From the NCBI RefSeq assembly GCF_028641065.1, contig NC_073402.1, positions 28,396,001 to 28,460,000 on the forward strand: DNA of 64,000 nucleotides, in the 5' to 3' direction. Source of the stretch: Leucoraja erinacea. Lineage: Eukaryota. The notes below the pieces were generated by a model that saw only the letters and a program-made list of their open reading frames with translations, had not been told where the DNA came from and did no database searches. Positions 12,301 through 21,100 of the stretch are shown in pieces; the stretch's first letter is position 1; the number at the start of each line of letters is the position of its first letter. The position numbers were made by a program, and so were the translations under genes.

Positions 12301-15147
12301 CCTTATACACTCGCACAACAGTGTTAGGGTTCGATCTTTCTTTGTTTCAGCCTTGAACTGCGCAAGGCGCTCGTCTGACATGTGTAGGATGGCTTCTACA
12401 GCATGTATCACGTTCGGCAGTGCGGTGTACTCTTCCGCAGGTGTGTTTGCACTGGGCAGCCGGCTCAGGGCATCGGGGACAAACATTTCACGTCCCGGCT
12501 TCCACCGTATTTCCAGGTCGTACCGTAGCAGGTGCATTCGCATGCGTTGGAGCCTGGGGCTTAATTTGTGTAGTGGCTTGGCGAGCAAGCCTACTAATGG
12601 CTTGTGGTCAGTAAGAATTACTGTGCACTGACCAACAATGAAGTCATGAAACTTTCTGCATGCATACAGTATGGAGCACAGCTCCTTCTCTATAGTTGCA
12701 TAGTTGCGCTCGGCCGTGTTCACACGTCGTGATGCGTATGCAACAGGTCTCTCGTCTTGCATCAGGACCGCTCCAAATCCGCTGTTGGAAGCATCTGTGG
12801 CAATTGACACGGGCGCGTTCACATCGTACAATTTGAGTATGGGTGGTGAAGTGAGAAGACATTTCAGCTTGTCTACTGCATGTCTGTGCTTCTGCTCAAA
12901 ATGCCACGCTATTCCCTTTTCTGTTAGCTGTCTAAGTGGGGCGGTGATCTCTGAGAGGTTCGGAATAAACTTAGCCATGTATGTCACCATCCCCAAGAAC
13001 GTTTGCACTTCAGCCTTGTTTGTCGGGTATGGCATTTGTAGCAGCCTTTTGGCTGATTCGCCGATCATATTGTCGGGGACGTGGGCGGCTGTTGGGCGCT
13101 CTATTTAACGGGCAGTCGGGGGATCTGGAAAGATGTCCAATCTCTCCGCAGGTATAACATCTCATGTACTGAGCAGGGCAGTAGTTGCCTTTATGCGCGC
13201 GGGTGCATGACCGGCAGACGGTATCCTTACCAGAATCACGGATTTCTGTCTGTGTTTGGCTGGGTCGCGAATCCCTGCCTCGGCCCCAAGGCCGACTGGT
13301 GCTGTCCCGTTTCACATACTCAACTGTCTCTTCGGTGTCGATGGCGGTTGGGGCAATCTGCTTCATCTGTTCGGCTGCTGCTTCAGCTATCAGACACACG
13401 TCACTGCATTTTTCTAGTGTTAAATCATCGCATTGTAGTAGTTTTTCCCGGAGCGGCTGGCTGGTGATGCCGCAGACAATTCTATCTCGTAGCAATGAGT
13501 CATGGATAATGCCAAACTCACAATCTTTGGCTAAAGACTTCACTGCAGTCAGGTAGCTGGAGAAGGTCTCCCCTCGCCGCTGATTACGTGTATTAAAGAC
13601 ATATCTTGAGACAGTTAAGTTCTTTTTTGGATCACAGTATGTCTGAAACTTATCCTTCAGGGGTTGTATTTTGTCAGTTTCCTCCTGGGTAAACTCAAAG
13701 GTCTCATAAATCTCCTGAGCTGCCGGCCCGGCTACGTGGAGGAATGTTGCACAGCGAATATTATCTGGTTTATTTGTTAGTTCTGTTGCCGCCTCGTACA
13801 GCTGGAATGCCCTTATCCAGTCCTTATAATTCTTGGCCACGTTTCCTTGCATGGAGAGTGGTCCCGGTGGGCTTGAGTCCTGCCATTCTTTTCTTTAGGT
13901 TTTTTTTTTTTACTTTGACACCATGTAATGTTTGAGACCACGTAAGGCCCTGTTGTGACTAGCACAAGCAAAAGGAGAACACGTCCGACATCTTGTAAGT
14001 ATGATTTATTCTGCCCCACCCAGGGACACTGCTCCAAGGTCACCTGCTCTCGATCACGAGGCAAAGCCCTTTATATTAAAGGGGCACAGGCATTTACATA
14101 TTCATCACAACACCTATGTTGTTCTCATACATGCAATTGCAGAGTCCAGTTAGGTAATCAGCCCCAGTATCCCCTCCACCATTTCTGTAATCAAGAGATT
14201 TGTCTTTCTTCCACCCAGGCCAGCATCCCTTCTTTACTCCAGAATGGTTAATTGTCATAAGTACCAAGAACAGAACAATGAAATTCTTATTTGCAGCAAC
14301 ATAACAGGCCAGTAAATGCAATGCACATGGATAATAAACTCCAAACGTGCAAAAAAAAAGCCCAAAAGTGTTTAGTGCAACTAAATACAATCCATAGTTC
14401 AAGTACACATCATGTCATGCTCAGTGGCCTGATTGCTGCCTCAGTTTTTAGATTCCAATACTTTCTTCCTGGAGTGAAATGTGAGCATGACCAGGCTAGT
14501 GTGGGCCTTTAATCACATTGGCTGCTTTTTTTTCTGAAGCAGTTCCTTCCTAAATAATGCATTTTTCACTCTGAATCCCCAGTTCGCTAGATGACTGTGT
14601 GTAGTCATACAGCGTGGAAACAGGCCATTCGGCCCGACTTGTCCACACCGGCCAACATACCCAACTACACGTCCCGCCTTTGGCCCATATCCCTAAACAT
14701 GTCTTACCCATGTACCCGTCTAAAGGTTTCTTAAACGTTGTGATAGTACTAAATCATAAATTAAACTGAACCCATGTGTAGGAAGGAACTGCAGATGCTT
14801 ACACCGAAGATAGACACAAAATGTTGGAATAACTCAGCGGGAGAAGGCAGCATCTCTGGCGAGAAGGAATGGGGGACATTTCTAGTCGAGACCCTTCTTC
14901 AGACTTCACAGCTCAGTGTGAAGAAGGGTCTCGACCCGAAACGTCCCATTCCTTATCTGCAGAGATACTGCCTGGCCCGCTGAGTTACTCCAGCATTTTG
15001 TGTCCATGCTCCACAAAATGCTGGAGTAGAGAGCATGGAAAATGTTAGCACAACACTTTAACGTTGGTAAAGACGGCAGGTCGATTGCGATGAGACAGAC
15101 CCAAGCCGAGCCGGTGTGCCGCACTCACCCGCGCTGTTCCACATCAT
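391..15147 (-). CDS. RPA2: Replication protein A 32 kDa subunit, coding exons 1-7 (3' exons lie left of the window)
   Basis: Exons, all GT-AG and in phase: 15129-15147 (MMWNSA), 10030-10148 (GTFDGGYG...[21 protein letters not shown]), 9455-9556 ([18 protein letters not shown]...ELSQ), 7822-7935 ([38 protein letters not shown]), 3287-3361 ([25 protein letters not shown]), 1133-1243 ([18 protein letters not shown]...), 391-513 (...[10 protein letters not shown]). Total 663 nt = 221 codons; matches the vertebrate RPA32 N-terminal tail and OB fold. Confidence 0.96.
1389..1996 (+). mobile_element. Non-coding GC-rich retroposon with Rex1/Babar-like 3' tail
   Basis: GTGGCGCC head, T-rich tract, GC-rich body, a segment homologous to the 6453-7508 element (TTGCCTTCCATCACA...TGGTGGATGTTTA), and a 3' hairpin followed by TGACAATAAA. 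Confidence 0.55.
2017..2177 (-). mobile_element. CR1 LINE 3' end fragment
   Basis: (TTCTATGT)n tail on the minus strand; same 3' UTR as the CR1 copies at 44240-44412 and 46335-46555. Confidence 0.7.
2169..2252. repeat. 41-bp tandem duplication
   Basis: TCTAACTCAAGAAAAAGGACCTTGAATAATTTACCTATATC at 2169-2209 and 2212-2252. Confidence 0.9.
3592..3877 (-). mobile_element. tRNA-derived V-SINE (HE1-like)
   Basis: Minus strand reads GGCGGCACAGTGGCGCAGCG (A box)...GGTTCGATCC (B box), then a V-domain-like core (TTCTCCCTGTGACC...TTTCCTCCCACA) and a (CTAAA)n tail. Confidence 0.8.
3921..4138. mobile_element. Palindromic Penelope-like pLTR insertion with hammerhead ribozyme core
   Basis: About 88-bp inverted arms centred near 4009; intact core CTGAAGAAGGGTTTCGGCCCGAAACGTT on the minus strand at 3981-4008; 14-bp TSD CTTCAAATGGCTAT (3907-3920 / 4139-4152). 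Confidence 0.8.
5243..5452. mobile_element. Palindromic Penelope-like pLTR insertion (second subfamily), degenerate hammerhead cores
   Basis: Inverted arms centred near 5372; TSD TTTACACTTCTT (5231-5242 / 5453-5464). Confidence 0.75.
6453..7508 (-). mobile_element. About 1.05-kb non-coding GC-rich retroposon with internal minisatellite and Rex1/Babar-like tail
   Basis: Minus strand: GTGGCGGCG head, T-rich tract, GC-rich tandem array, hairpin at 6580-6620, terminal hairpin TTCAGACC-GTAA-GGTCTGAA, then TGACAATAAA and (TCTA)n. Confidence 0.65.
6790..7135. repeat. GC-rich minisatellite, ~18-bp monomer in ~78-bp higher-order units
   Basis: Repeated GCCCCAGCTCCAGG(T/C)CG(A/C)T monomers punctuated every ~78 bp by CCTGCAGTCTCCGC. 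Confidence 0.9.
8070..8670 (+). mobile_element. Old degenerate CR1 ORF2 fragment
   Basis: Decayed CR1 RT motifs (AANV.P, GKMLES, DF..FDKV, WIENWL) with frameshifts. Confidence 0.6.
8888..9334. mobile_element. Tc1/mariner-Tigger-like MITE
   Basis: TIRs CAGGTCCACCA...TGGTGGACCTG; TA on the right flank, TG on the left; GC-rich internal subrepeats (CATAGCCGAC). Confidence 0.6.
10613..10798 (-). repeat. 3' LTR
   Basis: Direct repeat of 13924-14109; TATAAA and AATAAA (10694-10699) on the minus strand. Confidence 0.95.
10978..13068 (-). CDS. Truncated Gypsy pol: RT thumb/connection, RNase H and integrase (no protease, no RT catalytic core)
   Basis: 696-aa ORF with [16 protein letters not shown] (RT thumb), TDAS / IEKEL / TDHKPL / DALSR (RNase H), N..HLG...C..C zinc finger, and VDIF / TDNA / NGQIER (integrase DDE); no YxDD or protease DTG/DSG motif. 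Confidence 0.9.
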   Translation of the reverse strand: MIGESAKRLLQMPYPTNKAEVQTFLGMVTYMAKFIPNLSEITAPLRQLTEKGIAWHFEQKHRHAVDKLKCLLTSPPILKLYDVNAPVSIATDASNSGFGAVLMQDERPVAYASRRVNTAERNYATIEKELCSILYACRKFHDFIVGQCTVILTDHKPLVGLLAKPLHKLSPRLQRMRMHLLRYDLEIRWKPGREMFVPDALSRLPSANTPAEEYTALPNVIHAVEAILHMSDERLAQFKAETKKDRTLTLLCECIRKGWPSNRHDLPSDLTPFHTYHDELVEVDGLVLRENRIVVPQSMRRQMLNALNESHLGVVKLKQRVRNLFAWPGMNAQIEDTVGNCSICQATRKAQASEPLQPHFIPSRPWSKVGVDIFHLDGVDHLLVVDYYSKYPEIAQLIDMTSHSVIREMKGMFARNGIPDLVMTDNARQFVCAEFHRFQDDWEFAHVTSSPIYPQSNGQIERCVQTIKGIMRKAKRSGRDPMYAILEYRNTPLDGTGGYAPSQLLNSRLLRSKLPSPLSLLLPHHVPPMGPQLAIRQEKQAAYFNAKASVEPLPRLEQQQQVWFHAKPTEWQRGRIARENLSPRSYVISTPSGTEFRRNRKDIRPAHEAAEPCPDSTQQTSANTLPQGGTPHPGGASLPNSSELSQAAPQGSVVGESAQSEPSHTRTEQKYDTERVGKTTCTRSGRLSKPPTRLVM
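13010..13886 (-). pseudogene. Gypsy gag with two zinc knuckles and a 1-nt frameshift near its start
   Basis: ORF 13010-13852 ([38 protein letters not shown]). Removing one C after the ATG at 13886 restores [15 protein letters not shown] in frame. Confidence 0.85.
13924..14109 (-). repeat. 5' LTR
   Basis: Direct repeat of 10613-10798; TATAAA at 14070-14075 and AATAAA at 14005-14010 on the minus strand; followed by the PBS. Confidence 0.95.
14775..15005. mobile_element. Palindromic Penelope-like pLTR insertion about 125 bp from RPA2 exon 1
   Basis: Inverted arms; plus-strand core GTGAAGAAGGGTCTCGACCCGAAACGTC at 14918-14945 with C3 mutated to G. Confidence 0.75.
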
Positions 15148-15400
15148 CCCTTAACCGAGCGCCCGGCGGACGAACACTGACCGCGGGGGCGCGCCCCGCC
15201 AGCAGAAAGCCCGCCAAACAGGCCTCGTCCACTCGCTCGCCTTCTTACTCAGAGCCCCCGGCCCCCCTTCAGCCAATCGGCGGCCAGGATGGCGAGAGGT
15301 GCTGTGACCACCCCCCACCGGGAGCGCGCACCTGCTGCCAGCAGTGAAGCATCTTTGGCCGCTGACATGTCTCATCCTGGCGGAGCCGCTGCCTCCCTTA
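15148..15400 (-). promoter_or_regulatory. CpG-rich RPA2 5' UTR / promoter
   Basis: Local CpG enrichment upstream of the ATG; GC box GGCGGGGC (~15193-15200), E2F-like TTTGGCGGG (15210-15218, minus strand), CCAAT (15273-15277). Confidence 0.65.
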
Positions 15401-15567
15401 AAGTGGCTTTAGTTTAGTTTAGGGGGTGGAAGATGGCAACCCTCACGTGGACCGCCCTGTTTCGACTAGTGCAATCAACTCGACGTGCACAAACGGAAGA
15501 TCAAATAGAACAAGTTGCCCTACAACTGTAGGGTGTGCACGCCACACAAAATAAGAAGTTTAGAGAT

Positions 15568-16130
15568 AGAAACATAGAAATTAGGTGCAGGAGTAGGCCA
15601 TTCGGCCCTTCGAGCCTGCACCGCCATTCAATATGATCATGGCTGATCATCCAACTCGGTATCCCGTACCTGCCTTCTCTCCGTACCCCCTGATCCCCTT
15701 AGCCACAAGGGCCACATCTAACTCCCTCTTAAATATAATAATAATAATAATAATAACTTTATTTGTTAAGCACCTTAAAAACAACCAAAGCTGACCAAAG
15801 TGCTGTACAGAAAAAAGAAAACAAGCAAGACATCATAAAACAGGCAGAACAACAGAACATACAACTAACACGAGGCGCATAAATTACATACAAAAATCCA
15901 AACAATAAATTAAAAAACATAAAACACAAGTACAAACAACGCAGCAAAACCAAGCAAATAAAGTTAATAAACAATTCGACACCTCACTGTTCTACAAAGG
16001 CCATGGAGAATAGATATGTCTTCAGGAGTGATTTAAAAACAGCTAGAGAATATAGCCAATGAACTGGCCTCAACTACCCTCTGTGGCAGAGAGTTCCAGA
16101 GATTCACCACTCTCTGCGTGAATCTCTGGA
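15568..16130 (-). mobile_element. CR1 3' end interrupted by a nested L2-like 3' fragment
   Basis: CR1 3' UTR at 15568-15737 resumes at ~16049; the insert has an (ATT)n tail and GTGCT...AAATAAA end; AATATA duplicated at both junctions. Confidence 0.7.
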
Positions 16131-16134
16131 ACTC

Positions 16135-16408
16135 TAGATACAGCGCAGAAACAGGTCCTTCGGCCCACTGAGTCTTCACCGACCAGCGACCCCCAAAGAT
16201 TAGCGCTACCCTACACACACACACACTTGATACAATTTACATTTATACAAAGCCAGACACGTCTTTGGAGAATGGGAGGAAACCGGAGCACCCGGAGAAA
16301 ACCCACGAGGTTACTGGGAGAACGTACAAACTCCGTACATACAGCACCATTAGTCAGGATCGATCCCTTATCTCTAGCGCTGTAAGGCAGCAACTCTGCC
16401 ACCGTGCT
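16135..16408 (-). mobile_element. V-SINE (HE1-like)
   Basis: Homologous to 3592-3877; similar copies at ~28830-29120(-), ~37745-38160(+), ~39085-39268(-), ~44484-44700(+) and ~60550-60650(+). Confidence 0.75.
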
Positions 16409-16494
16409 GGTTTGCTAACTTTTCCGATGCTCTGTGGAGAGTGCACATACATCTAACGAACTTGTGATGCAGTGTGAAAAATGCATAGAAATAT

Positions 16495-16859
16495 TTAGGA
16501 AGGAACTGCAGATGCTGGTTTACATCGGAGACAGACACAAAATGCTGGTGTATCTAGCAAAATGCTGGAGCGTCTATGGGGAGAAGGAATAGGTGACATT
16601 TTCGGGTCGAGACCCTTCTTCAGACTCAGTTTGTAAACCTCCAAGCCAGGAATCAATCTTCGGATGTAGACAAAAAATGCTGGAGAAACTCAGTAGGTGA
16701 GGCAGCATCTATGGAGAGAAGGAATAGGTGACGTTTTGGGTTGAGACCCAAAACGTCGCCTATTCCTTCTCTCCATAGACACTGCCCCACCCGCTGAGTT
16801 TCTCCAGCATTTTTTGTCTACTTTAGATTTTTCCAGCATCTGCAGTTCCTTCTTAAACA
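16495..16859. mobile_element. Two adjacent Penelope-like pLTR copies, the second palindromic
   Basis: 16495-16626 is a minus-strand copy; 16667-16859 is an inverted repeat centred on hammerhead stem II (TTTTGGGTTGAGACCCAAAA). Confidence 0.7.
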
Positions 16860-18102
16860 TCCATCTTGGGAACCTTTTTTGCATCCTTTTGTAAATAAAT
16901 CCTTAGCTGGGGTAACCAGAACTGCACCCAATATTCCAGAAGAGGTTAAAGACCAGCCACAATCGTATTAAATGGTAGACCAAACATGAAACCATAAAAT
17001 GATCTCCTCTTGCTTTTACGTTTTATGTTCTTGTGTTTTTTAATAAGAAGACATATGCTTAAATTAATTGGCAGAAACTCAGGGGATTTAAAAACATCAC
17101 CCGACTGGTCACTGTCTCAAAGGGTGGTACAGGCAGAAATGCTCAACTGCACTTAAGAAAAATGTAAAAGCCAATACCTGCTGAAATTGGGATGAGCAAA
17201 CAGTACTCTTTTCTAACTGGCATGGACCTCCTCTGCACCATAGATTTTTATGGTTTGTTGATTTTTTTCAGTTGATTTGTGTTCTGGATACAGAATCTTC
17301 ATGAATTCACTGTCGTTCATGATAGTGAATACAAAAGCTTTCAATAGTTTTACTGTGGTGGAACTACTTATATTTTAATAGGAGATAGTACAGCATGGGA
17401 ACATCTTTCAACCTGCTGGGTCCATATCGGACATCAGCTACACATTTATACTAATTTACATCAATCACATTTTTTTGTTTCCTCCACGTTTTTATTAACT
17501 CCCAGCAGATATCTAAGAGTGTTTCCAGTATTTTTCTATTGTGATTAAAGCCATAATAAAACTGCTAATTAACTGTGATCTTTATCAAAATATAAATATT
17601 GGCCAAGACATTGGTCCTGCTGATCTTTGATATATCATGAAAAGCGTAAATTCTGGCTGTGACACTGAAACTCTAGCACATTCTCCGCTGTGTGGTCAGA
17701 TAACGTGTCAGTTTAACATCGGATCCAAATTTTGCCACCTCTAAAAATGCCACACCTTTGTTACAGTTTTGGATTCCAGTGTCAATTTTGTGTTGAAATC
17801 TCTGGACTGAGATGTACAACCTTTGGGCACAGAACCCAAAGTGTATCCACCCAGCAAGTAGTAACTAACAGTAAACTTTTAAAAGCCACTACATTATTCA
17901 TTAATAGACAATAATCAGGGTGGAGGAAAACGAGATTAGTTTCTGCTGACAGTAAAATGAGCTTTATCTTGAAGTGCAATAAGACTTTCTTGACCTTTCA
18001 AAGAAGATATTGCCCAGGAGTCACAATAAAACTTAAAACTCTAGAACGTTGTTCATAATGCGGTCAAAAGATCAGTGCTATTGAAAAAGCTGCCACACAA
18101 CA

Positions 18103-21100
18103 ATGGGATTCCTGACCAATATTCTTTTCATTATGAACTGTGGAATAATTTTCAGTCAGCAAGGTAAGGGTATCTGATGTTTAATACAATTATTGTTGAA
18201 ATCTCTTAATAATAATAATAATAATAATAACTTATTTGTCTAGCACTTTTCATACAATTGAATGCAACCCAAAGTGCTTTCCACATAGACACAGGTCTAA
18301 ACAACAATACAATTTAAAACAGTAAGAATATAGGCATAAAAAGCACAGATTTATACAAAAATATAAAATGTAAACTTGAGAGTGTAAAAGGACATTGGAA
18401 GTAAAGTCAATTAAAAGCTTGATTAAAAAGATAACTTGCCGTTTAAAAATGTCAACTGAGTTGGCGTCCCTCGTAGCACTGGCTCGGGTATTCCACAGCT
18501 TGGGGGCGTCATTGAAAAAGGTTGCTTCACCAATTTTTTAATTGCTGCAGCATTGAGTGGCTAACAGGCCGGCATCCGCATACCTGAGTGCTCGAGTAGG
18601 GGCATAGGGAAGGAGGGACTCTGTAAAATATGCTGCTCCTCAGCCATTTAGGAATTTATAGACAAGAAAGAGGACCTTATAGTCTATCCTGGATCTCCCA
18701 GGGAGTCAATGAAGGGAATATAATACTGGGGATTATATATTCCCTTTTCTTGGTATTTGTTAAAAGCCGGGCTGTCGCATTTTGAATGAGCTGTAACTTG
18801 TTGATGGATTTTGAAGGCAGACCAGTAAATAAGCCATTACAATAATCAAGTCTGCTTGATATGAAAGCATGTATACGTTTTTTACAGTCATCTTTATCTA
18901 CCCTTTCTTATTCATGTCAATGATGTTACCTGCAAACCCACATGCTTTGATTTTGTATCTAAATGAGACTTTATCACAGGCCTTCTGAAAAATCCAAATA
19001 CATCATGTCCACTAGTTCTCCATTATTTAATCTACCAGTGATATATTTTTTAAAAAAAGCCTCAGTAGGTCATGAAATCCAATTTTGCTTTTATTAAATC
19101 CAGTTTGATTTTGTCTAATCCCATCAATCTTTTCTTAGTGTCTGAGTTAACGCAATCTTTACAATAGATCCAACCTTTACACTACTACTATTTTCCTGTT
19201 TACCCCTCAATTATTAAAAATAGTGCAGTAAAAAATATTTGCCACTTAAGAATTCCTCCAAATGTGGATTCCAAGCTGGGGTTTTCTTGTTTATAGGTGG
19301 TAAAACCAATAATATCCAAACAAATACTTTAAACTGCCCAATGATAGTATTTGGATTTTCTGATATGATTCTTACTTATTCTTTCAGGTGATGTTGGCAT
19401 TACTGGTGAGACTAGCTTCATTGAGCGCCCATTATTGCCTTTGAACCAAGTGGCTTGGCCAGCTATTTCAAAGGATAGTTAAAGACTCTGATGTCACAAA
19501 AAATATCACAATTGCATCAAATTTGTTTAATCTATATGACATTCGAGAACTAAAAATATCATGGTCAATTGACATTGTTATTTTATTTGTATTCCTGATT
19601 TATTCAATTAATTGATTTTAAATTCCTTTATTGCAGTTGTGTGCATTGAGCTCCTATCTTTGGATTATTAGTCTAAGAACATTATTGTATATCGCAATCT
19701 GATTCATTCAGACTACATATATTCATTCAGACTGCATATATATTTTTTTGTCAGGTTACTTTTGGCATATCACAGACCTTCATTGGGATCCTGATTACAA
19801 AATGACAGATGACCCAAATGCTGTATGCCCTTCATCCTCGAAACCTGTACCAAACCCAGGGAAATGGGGCAGCTACCTTTGTGATTCTAACTGGGAACTT
19901 ATTAACCTATCCATTTATACCATGAGAGACATTCACCCTCAACCAGACTTCATTCTTTGGACAGGGTAAGTATTTAACCATAGTAGAAATCAAAATTTAA
20001 TAGCTAGATTGTGAAATCAATATAACTAAGATTGCCCTCATGATTACCAAAGGTTATGCTGATTAAACAGATGGTGTCAATGTGTAATAGTGGGCAGCAA
20101 ACATACTTTGCATGTGGAAAAGGAAATAAGAACCCAAAAGGCTGTAAATACTCAGCAGACCAGGCAGCACATATGGACTAAGAAACAAGGTTAACAGTTC
20201 ATGATGCTAAACTTTAATCATCATCTTATTACAGATTTCCAGCACCTGCTGGACTTTGTGTTTGTATATCATTGAACATGACTACATTTCTCCTGAATGC
20301 CATAATGAATTTATCAGTCACATTTTATGGCACCTAGTTTTAGCTTCCATTCAAGTGAAAACATTTCCCCGTCTTATTAAGACCTTCATAATTTTAAATA
20401 CCTTCATCAGGGTTCCTCCTCTGTATTTTGTCTTTTTTTGCTTATGGAGACATGAAAAATGCACAGTACTCCAAATTACAAATCTATTTTGAATAAAGTT
20501 GATATACCTTTAACATGAATTTTCGGTTTTTAGTTCTATCCAAGAGGTATTTAAAATGGAATTGTGGAATGGAATGGTTCATTTTTGTTATTGGAGTTTG
20601 ATACAGTGTGTATGCTATTGCAGTACATTTCTACTACTTTTTCTTAGTTCACAATCATCAAAGGGACCAAAATCTGCTCCTGCAACACTGCCTTACGAGA
20701 AATTAAGCTAATGTAGTCATAACCTTAAAGTTGTGGGGAGCACAAGTAAAGGGGAATGGATCTGCTGCTTCTGGTAATTAATCATGTTCTCCTTTATGGA
20801 ACATTCAGTGATGACACCCCTCATGTTGCTGACAAGAACCTTGGTGAGGATACAGTGCTGAAAATAATTGGAAATTTAACCCATCTGATACAAGGGGTGT
20901 TTCCAGGTATGCGTCAAAACATAAAAAGTTAAATGAACATTAAATATAACTGTCTGAACTGTATTAGTGTGTGTGCATAGCCGGTGTGTAACAAATGGAA
21001 CCATCTGGCAGAACAATTGTCATTTTCATTGTCCAAGGTACTCAACTCATCTTTGGATGTTGCTGGCAATGCTGGCATTTATTGTCCATCCCTCAGAGTT

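Larger units (their letters stand above)
10613..14109 (-). mobile_element. Gypsy (Mag-clade-like) LTR retrotransposon, internally deleted, in RPA2 intron 1
   Basis: 186-bp TG...CA LTRs at 10613-10798 and 13924-14109 with 2 mismatches; 5-bp TSD ACACC (10608-10612 / 14110-14114); PBS TGGTGTCA(-)AAGT resembling tRNA-Leu, adjacent to the 5' LTR; PPT AAAGGGGGAGA adjacent to the 3' LTR; gag and RNaseH-integrase ORFs. Confidence 0.96.

Noticed and set aside
10978-13068. Domesticated integrase host gene
   Set aside because: Flanked by near-identical LTRs, PBS, PPT and TSD, so the open frame is explained by recent insertion
19704-19742. About 19-bp tandem duplication just upstream of the SMPDL3B exon 2 acceptor
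   Set aside because: Simple slippage duplication; the polypyrimidine tract and AG remain intact
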